Assembly: GCA_965197475.1 (NCBI GenBank)
Contig: CBDANF010000002.1
Span: 416,001 to 480,000, forward strand
Reading direction: 5' to 3'
Source: Candidatus Poribacteria bacterium
Lineage (GTDB): Bacteria; Poribacteria; WGA-4E; WGA-3G
DNA: 64,000 nucleotides
Shown: positions 41,823 through 51,962 of the stretch, one piece after another
Position numbering within the stretch: the stretch's first letter is position 1
How the letters are laid out: every line of letters begins with the position of its first letter
The notes under the pieces: model-generated
What the model was told of the DNA's origin: nothing
What the model saw: only the letters and a program-made list of their open reading frames with translations
The model's database searches: none
Made by a program: the position numbers and the translations under genes

Positions 41823-42046
41823 GGGTGTGTAAAGTTTGTGACATTAAGCACCCAAGTTACCACCGAAAATGAAATGGCAATATTTTCATAGTGCGTTTAA
41901 CTTCATCACGCGATATCTATCATCAGGATAAGTGGCGGCAGTTATATTATCCGTAAGTTGGGCAGAGCACAAAGCGAAACCCAACGAAAATCCGCGTCAT
42001 CCGTGCGATCCGAGATTCAGGCAGTTGACCTTTTATTTACACACCC
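41823..42046. mobile_element. MITE with IS256-like ends
   Basis: IRs GGGTGTGTAAA; 9-bp flanks ATATTTCAA / ATATTTCGA; internal GTTGGG..CCCAAC hairpin and AATCC-type repeat. Confidence 0.72.
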
Positions 42047-42114
42047 ATATTTCGAATGTCTCAGAGCCATTCAATTTTTGATATTTATTCCGAATTAACT
42101 TGATTAGACATCTT

Positions 42115-42150
42115 CGCTCATGTCAAAAGCACTTACTCTTGACATGAGCG
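42115..42150. repeat. Inverted repeat downstream of LRR gene
   Basis: CGCTCATGTCAA-N12-TTGACATGAGCG; no U-tract on the coding strand. Confidence 0.6.
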
Positions 42151-42195
42151 GAAAAAAATAAGATGTCGGATCACTACTTTTGTTTAAGGTGACAG

Positions 42196-43107
42196 TTACA
42201 AAGTTACTTTCAAATTCGGAATCTTCTTACGGAGTCGATGAACCGGTGTCAAATCCTGAATAGGATTTTCCTTTATACCTAAATCCCTTAAATCTGTCAG
42301 ATTTTCAACTACGCTAATGTTCCTGATTTGATTAAATGAGATCAGTAGACTGCTAAGTTGTGTCAAGTTTTTGAGGGGTGTGATGTCGCTAATTCGATTA
42401 GAAACAAGCCATAAATCGGTAAGCTGTGTCAAGTTTTTGAGGGGTGTGATGTCGCTAATATGATTTGAGACAAGCCATAAGCCTATAAGTTGTGTCAAGT
42501 TTTCAAGAGGCGTAATGTCACTAATTTTCGCATACGAAAGCGATAATACTTTTAGTTGTGTTAGTTCTGCAAGTGGCGTAATATCGCTGATTTGACTTTT
42601 TGAAATTGATAGGTTGGTAAGCTGCTTCAAGCCTTTTAGAGGGGAGATATCGTCAATTTGACAATTTGAGATTGAGAGTTCCGTGAGTTGTGTCAATCCT
42701 TGGAGTGGCGTAATATCGTTGATTTGATCGCCGCTGATTTCCAATTTCGTAAGTTTTGTCATTCCCGCAAGTGGTGTCAAATCATTAATTTGGTTCATTC
42801 GGAGATTTAAATCTGTGAGCTGCACTAAGTTTGTTAACGGTGTGATGTTTGTAATCTGATTCCTATCAAGTTGTAAACTCAATAATCTTGTTGCTTTTTC
42901 AAGACCCGTTAAATCTGTGATACCCGCGTTTGGAGCAGAAAGAGTCTGTAATTCATTTAGATTTTTTTGTAGGATCGGTTTGCTTGGATCTAAACCGAGT
43001 GCATCTCTAATTGCTGAGGCTAAGTTCAGATCCGGGATTTCTATGGATTGTGGTGAACAACCGAGCAAAAGGATGAGGATTGGGAATAGTAGGTAAAAAT
43101 GTTTCAT
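42196..43107 (-). CDS. Leucine-rich repeat (internalin-like) lipoprotein
   Basis: LLLGC lipobox, IPDLNL cap, 22-aa ISDITPLxxLTQL repeats. Confidence 0.92.
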   Translation of the reverse strand: MKHFYLLFPILILLLGCSPQSIEIPDLNLASAIRDALGLDPSKPILQKNLNELQTLSAPNAGITDLTGLEKATRLLSLQLDRNQITNITPLTNLVQLTDLNLRMNQINDLTPLAGMTKLTKLEISGDQINDITPLQGLTQLTELSISNCQIDDISPLKGLKQLTNLSISKSQISDITPLAELTQLKVLSLSYAKISDITPLENLTQLIGLWLVSNHISDITPLKNLTQLTDLWLVSNRISDITPLKNLTQLSSLLISFNQIRNISVVENLTDLRDLGIKENPIQDLTPVHRLRKKIPNLKVTL

Positions 43108-43201
43108 GCTGGATGCTCATTTTAATTGAGATCAGTGTGTTTAAGCAGTAACTTGGATAATACTTGAATTATAGCATCTTGGGTGGGATTGGTCAACAGA
43201 T

Positions 43202-43665
43202 TTACGTCTCTTGAATTTTCTCTAAGAAAATAGGTGGTTTAACAATCTCAACCCGAATTCAAATAAAGTCTGTTTGAGTTCAGAATCATCTATGAGGTCT
43301 TTGTCAGTTGATACCAAAAATTGGACTCGTCCTGAGACTGCACAATCAAGGAACATATTATCGGTAGCATCACGACACAGCTCAAGCGAAGAAGTATTCT
43401 CAACAATGTTTGCTTGGTGCAGAAGGTTAATCAGATTTGTAACTTCTTCCAATGTATAACGATATTGTCGGAGCATTTTACGACGTGATAAAACTTCCTG
43501 CACCTCATCAATAATAGCGTGCGATAAGACGAGGACGAATCGTCCTGCTTGCCAAAGTGATAAAAGATGGTTAGCAAGATTACCTTTACGAATAAGTGAA
43601 CGGACGAAAAGGTTGGTGTCAAATGTCGCCCGGTAAACACGCCATCGGTTCTCATTTTTGTTCAC
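43202..43665 (-). CDS. PIN-domain toxin (putative TA component); frameshift near 43252
   Basis: ATFDTNLFV..CRDATDNMFLDCA..LVSTDKDL; adding one G restores the typical GVEIVKPPIFLE end. Confidence 0.85.
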
Positions 43666-44191
43666 GCCTCACCTCTGCAAGTGCTTCCTCAAAATCGCGT
43701 ATCACTTCTTCCTCTGGCGTGTCGGCAAAAGCATCGTGAAACCGTTCCATGGTTCTATCCCACTCCTTTTGAAACTCTTTGCGACCACTTTCAACTTTAG
43801 CGCGGAAGTCTGAAGCGAGGTTTTGCCATTTTGTATTCACTGACGATGCGCTGTCTTGAATGTCTGGCGCGAAATATATTTTGTCAGCAAAATCGCTATT
43901 TTTGACGACATCCTTAATGTGCTCAACAAGTTTTTGATTTTCTACTTTCGGATTGGCAGCGTCGGTAACGAAAACTATATAGTCATCCTGGTTGAGGTAG
44001 TGTTGGATTGCCTTCCTCAGACTATCGTCCAAAGGTGCGCCCTTTCTATGACACTTACGGAGTGCACTTCTTCCAGCTGTTCGGATCGCCAGATATCCAA
44101 GTTGCTTTGACTTTGAGAATTCATCTTCTAAAAATCTGATTGCCTTGGTACCACTGTCCGATTCTACATTCCAGACTCTTACGCTCATCAT
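43652..44191 (-). CDS. Chimera: truncated DUF4276/TOPRIM-like N-terminus plus antitoxin-like C-terminal helices
   Basis: VWNVES, IVFVTD, IYFAP then ..WDRTMERFHDAFADTPEEEVIRDFEEALAEVRR; overlaps both the ATPase stop and the PIN start. Confidence 0.55.
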   Translation of the reverse strand: MMSVRVWNVESDSGTKAIRFLEDEFSKSKQLGYLAIRTAGRSALRKCHRKGAPLDDSLRKAIQHYLNQDDYIVFVTDAANPKVENQKLVEHIKDVVKNSDFADKIYFAPDIQDSASSVNTKWQNLASDFRAKVESGRKEFQKEWDRTMERFHDAFADTPEEEVIRDFEEALAEVRREQK

Positions 44192-45516
44192 ACCGGTTCC
44201 TCCATCAGGTCTTGTAGCAGTTCACTGTCGAAAATGGCACTACCGATTCCGAAATCCGCAATCCAATCATCGAGTGCTTCTCGTTTATCACGCATCTCTT
44301 CAAGATTGAGCACTTCTGTGCCGAGTCCAGAGCGGTTGCGTAACAGTAAAACGCCGAGGGAATCAGACAATTTATCTGGACTAAAGGCATCAAGGAGTTG
44401 AGAACTATGGGTTGTGATAATCACTTGTGTTCTTTCAGCGAGTTGTTCAAGGACGTTAGCAATGTCTTTCAACGCGCCAGGATGCAGATTCCGTTCAGGT
44501 TCCTCAATAGCAATGAGCGGAGGCAATTCGGGTTGGTTGAGTAAGATGTAATAGGCAATGAGACGCAGGGTGCCATCAGAAGTTCTATAGAAAGGGATCG
44601 GATTCTTATATCCTTCTAGTACACATAGTTGAGGTTGTCCATTAATTCTAATGTAGTCAATCTTAAGTTTCGCAGATGCAAAAAGGAGTTCATTTATCTT
44701 GTTAAAAAGTTTTGGAGCACTGCCACGCCAGTAGGATAATAAAGGTGATAAATTTGATCCATCGTTTATTAATTGTGGATATGTATCAAATTTAAAAAAT
44801 GGATTTGTAACATCATCTGGATCAAATCCAATTGGAGGTGTCTGGAAATATCCTCGCATGAGGTCAGTCTGGAAATCATAGAATTTCCACTGCTTAAAAA
44901 ACTCTGTTAATGTCAGGACTTACGCATTTTCTCTTAAAGTCCCCCTGATAAGGGGGTTAGGGGGGTTAAAATACCAAAATTCTGCTTATTTAACCCCCCT
45001 AACCCCCTTATCAAGGGGGAATGCGTAAGTCCTGAATGTATTGGTAACAGGCTTTTTTCCATAATCTCCAGCGGAACCCAAGGAGATTTTTTTACCGGTG
45101 GATGCGTAAATTGTGTTGTTTTGACCATTTTCATCCCATACTTCGCCCTGTCCACACTGAATTGAAATAACTTTCACTCCATTAACCTGTAATTCCTCGT
45201 TGATCGTAATATCTTCCGTTTCAGTTTTAATCTCCAATTCATATAAAGTTGAAATTTCTTCTACCATGGTATGCAATTGGAAAGTAAAAAGGTTTGCTCC
45301 GCCTGCCCAGGTGGAACTTTGGATTATATCATTTCGAGGCAGCTTTTCAGCGTTTATCATTTCCATGAAAAGACTTAAAGCTCTGAAGACGTTTGACTTT
45401 CCACTTGCGTTAGGACCTACAAGAACTGTCAGAGGCTTGAACGGAAGTTCAACATTGCGCAAACTCAGAAAATTTTTGATATGTATTTTCTCTAAAAACG
45501 CTTTCCGTTCAGACAT
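44188..45516 (-). pseudogene. AAA_21/OLD-type ATPase interrupted by a MITE
   Basis: IKNFLSL, GPNASGKSN, SDGTLR, IEEPERNLHP, ITTHS; excising 44914..45039 restores NTLTEFFKQWKFYDF in frame. Confidence 0.88.
44914..45034. mobile_element. 121-bp MITE
   Basis: Perfect IR CAGGACTTACGCATT; TSD AATGT; internal TCCCCC(T)TGATAAGGGGGTTAGGGGGGTTAAA inverted pair. Confidence 0.92.
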
Positions 45517-45676
45517 GACTGTTCACCTCCTATTTGCCTTGTTGTAATTATACATTTGCCCGTTGTGTTTGTCAATCATATTCTGTTTTGGTTTGAGTCA
45601 ATTTTAAGATTGAATTGTTGATACAAATCGGTTAAACTTATACTTAACAATACTTTAGAATTAAAGGTAAGGAACG

Positions 45677-46139
45677 ATGAAACTGATCTTAACCTTTTTT
45701 ACCATAACGCTGATGTACGCGTTCTTTTCAGGATGTGTTCCAAGAGATAAACAAGCCAAGCTTGAAAATACACCTGACGATCGCGCTGATGCTGCAGAGG
45801 AGATCAAAGTTGAACAACCGGTGGAGGACAATATTGAAGGGGCAGAAGCATATATCGGCAAACATCTGCTTGTCGGACTCGCGTACCGCAATAATAAGGA
45901 AGAGGTCATCAGACGTGTCCAACTACATGGAAAAATCACCCGTATAACAGAAGAGGGTATTTTTTTCGATAGGGCAGATGGCAAAGGAGAGTTTTCATTG
46001 CCACCTGACCTTGAATCGTTTGAGCCTGCTATACCTTGGTGCTGAATATAGGTTGAAATCTACGGGTGAGGTTGTCCGCAATCCTGACTATATCAGTAAT
46101 TGGATAATTGATGCACCACCCGATGAAACAGACAAATAA
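45677..46139 (+). CDS. Hypothetical lipoprotein, frameshift near 46037
   Basis: FFSGC lipobox; after LPPDLESFEPAIP the other frame continues GAEYRLKSTGEVVRNPDY to a stop at 46139. Confidence 0.7.
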
Positions 46140-46142
46140 TTG

Positions 46143-47312
46143 CTACGGATCAACGGCTTTGTATAGTACTATCTGTCCGTTGCGGATTGTGTGTAGCAAT
46201 AGTTTTTTGATGGGGTGCCTATTTTCATCAAAACGTGAAATTGTGGATGCGCCTTGGTAGTCAGTGATGTTTGCTAAGGCATTCCGAATTTCAGTGGGAT
46301 CAAGCGTTCCCGCGTTTTTGATAGCGATTGCCAGTAGAGACATTGCATCATATCCCCACGAGAATGGACCGTCTGGAGACTCCATATACATTTCGGTGTA
46401 AGCTTGGACAAAGGGTGCTGCATCGGGCGATTCAACGCTAAAGTCTCTTGTGAAGAAAGAACCTTCTAATGGGGTGTTGTCACCTAAAGTGTTGAAGAGT
46501 TCGTTGGGAATGTCCCAAGCATTTGTGCCGATAAAGGTTGCATCAATTCCTATTTCCCTTGCTCGTGCTGCCAAAAATGGAACTTCAGGAATAAATCCTG
46601 CGATTAAGAAGACATCGGGTACAGCGTCATTTATCCTTGTAAGTTGCGTGTCAAAATCTCTAACGCCATGTTGATAGTATTCGGTCGCGACGATTTTCCC
46701 TCCAAGTTTCTCAAAATTTTCTTCAAAGGCATCTGCCACAGCATTAGAGTATACATCGCCTTTCTGCCGAATTGTTGCTGCAGTTTTGGCATTAAGTTCG
46801 TTTGGGTCCAGGGCGAATTTAGCTGTTGTTGCGCCTTGAAAAGATGTAGGGGCAACTGCAATAAATACATATTCGCCAGTGGCGGTTACGTTCTGACCAG
46901 ATGAACCGGTAATGATGGGACGTTTGAGTTCGGTTACAACCGGTCCAACCTGCGTAGAGTTTGTTGAAAGTAGTGGACCTAAGATTGCAACAACGCCCTC
47001 ATCCTCAATCAGTGTTTTTGCGATACGTACACTTTCGTCTGGGTCAGGAAAATCGCGTATGCCCTGATTATCCATAATGATAAATTCAACTTGCATTCCG
47101 AGTAAGCCGCCGCCTTCGTTGATCTGGAATCTCGCGAGTTCTGCACCTTTTGTGAAACTTGGTGCAAGTCCGGAGGGTTGAATTATGCCGATTTTGATAG
47201 TGGAGATCGTATCGGGTGTAACTACTTGTTTAATCTTTTCACACCCTGACATTGACAATACTAAAATTGTGGATAGGATTACAAATTTTGCTATAAAAGA
47301 TTTTGCGTTCAA
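46143..47312 (-). CDS. Branched-chain amino acid-type ABC substrate-binding lipoprotein (LivJ/K-like)
   Basis: MSGC lipobox, IKIGII, VVAILGP, DFDTQLTRI, WGYDA. Confidence 0.88.
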   Translation of the reverse strand: MNAKSFIAKFVILSTILVLSMSGCEKIKQVVTPDTISTIKIGIIQPSGLAPSFTKGAELARFQINEGGGLLGMQVEFIIMDNQGIRDFPDPDESVRIAKTLIEDEGVVAILGPLLSTNSTQVGPVVTELKRPIITGSSGQNVTATGEYVFIAVAPTSFQGATTAKFALDPNELNAKTAATIRQKGDVYSNAVADAFEENFEKLGGKIVATEYYQHGVRDFDTQLTRINDAVPDVFLIAGFIPEVPFLAARAREIGIDATFIGTNAWDIPNELFNTLGDNTPLEGSFFTRDFSVESPDAAPFVQAYTEMYMESPDGPFSWGYDAMSLLAIAIKNAGTLDPTEIRNALANITDYQGASTISRFDENRHPIKKLLLHTIRNGQIVLYKAVDP

Positions 47313-47860
47313 TTATTGACTCCTTTCTGAAAGAGAAAGTTTTCTACTACGACAAATCTGTCGTTCGTTTCTTGCGATCTGTAGATAAGTGATAGAGATT
47401 CGACCTCAAACTTAATAGGTTCCCACTCATTTTGTAATCGTTGTTGTACGTCATTGAGAGATCGGTGCTGGAATTGTCCGACCGAGAGGTGTGGGTTAAA
47501 TCCACCCGCAAATTGTGCCGTGTCGTCGTAATCTGGAAGATATTTATTGAGTGTGCTGCGTAGTTGCACGATCTCGTTTTTGGGTTCGGGAACAAGGAAA
47601 AGTGTGCACGATTTTCTGTGACGAAAAGCATTGAAAGATGCCAACGTAATAGAAAAAGGTGTTGTCTGTTGTGCAGATTTTGCCAGTGCTGGGATAATAT
47701 CTTGAAAATCTTGTCGTGGTGCAAACGGATAAAGCAGCGTGATGTGTGGCATCCATCGCTGAAAATTTCGGTCATGGACACGACGGATTGCTTGGATAGG
47801 TGGCTGTATCGCTTCTGGTGGAATGAGAACAACGGCTGTGGTGTGTGTTTTGGTTGGCAT
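47309..47860 (-). CDS. 2H phosphoesterase / 2'-5' RNA ligase family protein
   Basis: PHITL and PHLSV motifs. Confidence 0.88.
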   Translation of the reverse strand: MPTKTHTTAVVLIPPEAIQPPIQAIRRVHDRNFQRWMPHITLLYPFAPRQDFQDIIPALAKSAQQTTPFSITLASFNAFRHRKSCTLFLVPEPKNEIVQLRSTLNKYLPDYDDTAQFAGGFNPHLSVGQFQHRSLNDVQQRLQNEWEPIKFEVESLSLIYRSQETNDRFVVVENFLFQKGVNN

Positions 47861-47865
47861 TGGAA

Positions 47866-47934
47866 AATCGGGGTTGGAAACCCCTTCTACAAGAACGAGA
47901 CAATCGGACAATCGGCATTGGAACTCCTCCCACA
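47866..47934. repeat. Two GTAG/GTGG-type REP-like hairpins
   Basis: Reverse complement GTAGAAGGGGTTTCCAACCCCGATT and GTGGGAGGAGTTCCAATGCCGATT. Confidence 0.55.
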
Positions 47935-47956
47935 AGAAAATCCATCATAGCATTTA

Positions 47957-48730
47957 CTAAGCCTTGGCACTTGCTCCGCCATCAACGAGGATAGATGTGC
48001 CTGTAATCCACTCAGCATCGTCTGACGCGAAGAAAACCGCTGCGCGTCCAATGTCTTTCGGTAGACCTAAACGTTGCAATGGTGTTTTTTCTAATGACGA
48101 CTCAATCTCTTCTGGCGTGAGGTAATCCTGGATTGCTGTTTCAATATAGCCGGGACAGATAACGTTAACAGTGATTCCATATTTCCCAACCTCTAAAGCC
48201 GTATCCTGAACCATGTTGACAACAGCGGCTTTTGCGGCGGCGTAAGCCGGTCCCGTACCACCCCCATAAGCATGGACAGATGCAATTTGGATTATCCGTC
48301 CATATTCTGACTTTTTGAGATGTGGTATAGCAAGTTTTGTTGACATGAAGACACCGCGCAGGTTTACGCCAACAACTTTATCCCAATCAGCAATAGAAAT
48401 ATCTTGTGATCCACCCGGAATATGAATCCCTGCGTTATTGACCAGAATGTCAATTCCGTCAAAATGTTCGACGGTGCGCTGGATCATCTGTGCGACTTGT
48501 GATTCTTCGGAAACATCCGTTTTGATGAATATTCCTTTTCCACCTAATTTCTCTATTTCTTGGACGGTTGGCGTTGTGACATCTATCTCATGATATTTGC
48601 CTTGAAGTGGTGTATCTTGTATATCTGCAATGGCAACACTTGCGCCTTCGCGGGCAAATTCAAGTGCGATTCCGCGTCCGATGCCAGAACTACCGCCTGT
48701 TACAATGCTGATACGATCTTTGAGCAGCAT
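47957..48730 (-). CDS. SDR family oxidoreductase
   Basis: TGGSSGIG, LVNNAG, YAAAK, CPGYI. Confidence 0.95.
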   Translation of the reverse strand: MLLKDRISIVTGGSSGIGRGIALEFAREGASVAIADIQDTPLQGKYHEIDVTTPTVQEIEKLGGKGIFIKTDVSEESQVAQMIQRTVEHFDGIDILVNNAGIHIPGGSQDISIADWDKVVGVNLRGVFMSTKLAIPHLKKSEYGRIIQIASVHAYGGGTGPAYAAAKAAVVNMVQDTALEVGKYGITVNVICPGYIETAIQDYLTPEEIESSLEKTPLQRLGLPKDIGRAAVFFASDDAEWITGTSILVDGGASAKA

Positions 48731-48788
48731 AAATGCTTTCCTTTACAAATGGAACTACTGATTTGTCAATCGTTATATTGTCTGGTTT

Positions 48789-51700
48789 CTAAATAGCGGC
48801 GTTTTCAGTGTATATGCTTTTTCCTTCGCCGTAGTAAGAGTCATAGACGTGTTGATATACCGCTTCCGATTTCTGATTGAACAGTTCGTATGTGTAACAT
48901 TGAGGCAGTTCTTGTCCAAGGATGTTCCCCACAGTGAGCATGACTTGGGCACGCAATCGCTGTTGTTTGCGCCAATCTAAAACCAAATTTTCCTGTTTTA
49001 GTTTATCAAGCAAATTCTGGACAGAAGTTTTAACTTCCTCTCGCTCAGGAAGGGTCAAAGCAGGATCGGGTTTCGTCAGTATATCAACAATTGCCAATTC
49101 CTCTTCTGAAAGATCCTCTGTATCAGCACGTTGTGTCTCTTTACTTAGTTCTTCTAAAAACTCAAAAAGTCTCTGATTGTGTAGATCAACGGGAATGGTA
49201 CCGGAGTTATATTCCTCAATCATCTGCTCAAATTTCTCTTGAAAATCCATTCGACTTTTGTTGAGGCGAATCATGTCGGTGAGTTTCCTATTGATAGTAC
49301 TCCTAAGTTGTTCAGCTTGTGTGCGTTTGTGCTCTGTGTTGAATTGTTCGCTTAGTCGTTCAAAGTCAATTTGGCTTAAGTCGATTACTTGTGCTGAGTC
49401 ATAACTATTTTGTGCTGTATTGATTATATAGCCTTCTGGTGCAATTGATTGGTCAAGCAGCTCTTCTATCGCATCTGTAACTTCGGAGATGTCAGTCGGT
49501 TCACTGAGGTTCTTGATTTTTCGAGCAATGATGTTTATCAATGAGCAGATACCGCTGAAGTTGTTCGCGGCGGTGTCGGGCAGAATTGCTTTGAATAATT
49601 TATAGACATTACGTGCTTGTTCAAGGAAATTCCGTTTAGTCTCATCGTTCACCAGGATATGGTTTTCTGCTGCGTCAATTAGTTGGATCTGCTGCAACCT
49701 ATCAGCTTCTTCAATATCGGCAAAGTTTATACCAAGGTTTCTACAAAAATCAGAGATTTTCTCAATTGCTTTCCTAAGTTCCTCAACAAGTTTCGATTTA
49801 TCCGCAATCGGATTGCTTCCGTTCCCGTTAGATCCTGTAGCATAGATAGCAAGTGCCTTTTCAAGGTTACGAAAAACGCCTATGTAGTCAACAATCAAGC
49901 CGTTGACTTTGTCCTTAAACACACGATTTGCTCTTGCAATTGTCTGCATCAAGGTATGGTTGCGTTGGAGTTTGTCAAGGTAGATCGTTGAACAGGAAGG
50001 AACATCAAAACCTGTGGTCCACATTGCACAGAGGAAAACAATACGGAAAGGGTCGTCTGGGTTTTTGAATTTGGTGTCCAAATCCTCACTGTTCATGCGT
50101 TGTCGGTGTGGTCCGATGTCAACCCCTCTCCTTCTCATATCGTCAATTTCGTTTTGTGATTGTGACACCACCACGGCCATATCGGTTTCTTCCATAAACT
50201 GAATTAACGCCTCAAGTGGTTCCTCTCTGTCTCTTGCAACACCACTGTTTAATTCTGATCTCAGAGTTTCAAGTTTATGTCTCCAGTACTTCTGGACTTT
50301 ATCGTACATCTTAACTGCCGTGGGTTTATCGATAGAGATGACCATTGCCTTCCCCCGATAGCCCCTGCCGATAAAGTGCGAAACGATGTCTTCTGCAACT
50401 TTTTCTAAACGTTCATCTCTGGTAATAAGGTGATACTCGCGTTCGAACTCGTCTTTCAGTTTTGCTTCTTGTGCTTCATCCAATTCCGCTTCCTCAAGAA
50501 TCTGTTCAAGGTCGGTATTTAAATCGTCGTTTGTTAATTGGAGTCTGGGAACGCGGTTCTCATAGTAGAGCGGTACGGTTGCCTTATCTTCTACGGATTG
50601 CTTAAAATTGTATACCGACACTTCGTCTCCAAACACTTCACGTGTCTTTTCTTCGCCTGCCATTAGAGGTGTACCTGTAAACGCAATATATGCAGCATTC
50701 GGGAGCGCGGTACGCATATTTAACGCCAATGTATCGTATTGACTACGGTGTGCTTCATCGTTTATGACGATAATGTCCGCACGATCAGAGAGGACAGGAT
50801 GCGGTTCATTATCTGTTGTTTGAAATTTTTGAATAAGTGTGAAAATATAGCGGTGGTCTTCGCTGAGCAGATGACGTAGATGTACTATATCTTCTGCATG
50901 CACATCCTGCTGTGTTAAGAGACCGCTGGCACTCGCAAAGGTTTTATAAATCTGGTTGTCCAATTCTTTGCGGTCTGTTACGATAACAAATGTCCAGTGC
51001 CCCTGCATCTTTCTGAGGACTTTCTGCGCAAAAAAGATCATTGAGACACTTTTACCGCTCCCTTGTGTATGCCAGAACACACCGAGTTTCCCAAAATCGG
51101 ATTCGTTTTCCTGCAATGCCTTAATTGCGTTGTTTACGCCCAAATATTGGTGATTTTTTGAGATCAGTTTTTTTGTGCCACCTTGGAGTTCCATAAACAG
51201 CGTAAAATTTTCGATAATGTCCAGCAATCGATTCGGGTGGCAGACACCTCGCAGTAGTATTTCAATTGAAGCTTTCTGCTGTTCATCTTCGCTTTCAATC
51301 CGTTTCCATTCGGAGAAGTGTTCCCATTCGGCAGTGAAACTCCCGATGCGGCTCTCTGAACCGTTGGAAACGATAATTAAGGCGTTGTACCAAAAAAGGT
51401 GGGGGATAGTGTCTTTGTAGTCTCGGAGGTTGTCGTCGTAAGCTGAGATAAGGTTTTCGTCAATCCGTTTGAATTCCATTAAGACTAAGGGAATCCCGTT
51501 GACGAATCCTATCAGGTCTGGACGTCTGGTATGCATTTCACCAGTGATCCAGAATTGTGACGCTGCGAAAAAGTCGTTATTTTCTGGATTTTCCCAGTCA
51601 ATTATCTGAAGTTCTGAAACGGTTTCTTCTTGCGTGTTCGGGTCGGTGTCTGTTATTTTAACACCTTCTTTCAGGAGACTGTAGATTTCCCGATTTGCTT

Positions 51701-51962
51701 CAACAGGGTTCATTACCCTGCGGGATTGAGTTAATTCTTCAATTGCGGTATCAATAGCATCTTCTGTCGCATCGGGGTTGAGCCGTTCTAAAGCCGCGCG
51801 GAGTCTATCGGTTAGCACGACTTCAGATTTTGCTTCTCTACCGGTCCGAATTTCGATGTCGTATTCAAATTCGTTAGAACAATTCTGGGTGTACCACCCT
51901 ATTTCTTTGAGCAATGCGATTGCGGGTTGTTCGACGAGTTGGTTTTCACTGTAGGGATTCAT
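48789..51962 (-). CDS. hsdR: Type I restriction endonuclease subunit R
   Basis: RPDLIGFVNGIPLVLMEFK, HTQGSGKS, DEAHRSQY, FTGTP, QTIARANR. Confidence 0.96.
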   Translation of the reverse strand: MNPYSENQLVEQPAIALLKEIGWYTQNCSNEFEYDIEIRTGREAKSEVVLTDRLRAALERLNPDATEDAIDTAIEELTQSRRVMNPVEANREIYSLLKEGVKITDTDPNTQEETVSELQIIDWENPENNDFFAASQFWITGEMHTRRPDLIGFVNGIPLVLMEFKRIDENLISAYDDNLRDYKDTIPHLFWYNALIIVSNGSESRIGSFTAEWEHFSEWKRIESEDEQQKASIEILLRGVCHPNRLLDIIENFTLFMELQGGTKKLISKNHQYLGVNNAIKALQENESDFGKLGVFWHTQGSGKSVSMIFFAQKVLRKMQGHWTFVIVTDRKELDNQIYKTFASASGLLTQQDVHAEDIVHLRHLLSEDHRYIFTLIQKFQTTDNEPHPVLSDRADIIVINDEAHRSQYDTLALNMRTALPNAAYIAFTGTPLMAGEEKTREVFGDEVSVYNFKQSVEDKATVPLYYENRVPRLQLTNDDLNTDLEQILEEAELDEAQEAKLKDEFEREYHLITRDERLEKVAEDIVSHFIGRGYRGKAMVISIDKPTAVKMYDKVQKYWRHKLETLRSELNSGVARDREEPLEALIQFMEETDMAVVVSQSQNEIDDMRRRGVDIGPHRQRMNSEDLDTKFKNPDDPFRIVFLCAMWTTGFDVPSCSTIYLDKLQRNHTLMQTIARANRVFKDKVNGLIVDYIGVFRNLEKALAIYATGSNGNGSNPIADKSKLVEELRKAIEKISDFCRNLGINFADIEEADRLQQIQLIDAAENHILVNDETKRNFLEQARNVYKLFKAILPDTAANNFSGICSLINIIARKIKNLSEPTDISEVTDAIEELLDQSIAPEGYIINTAQNSYDSAQVIDLSQIDFERLSEQFNTEHKRTQAEQLRSTINRKLTDMIRLNKSRMDFQEKFEQMIEEYNSGTIPVDLHNQRLFEFLEELSKETQRADTEDLSEEELAIVDILTKPDPALTLPEREEVKTSVQNLLDKLKQENLVLDWRKQQRLRAQVMLTVGNILGQELPQCYTYELFNQKSEAVYQHVYDSYYGEGKSIYTENAAI

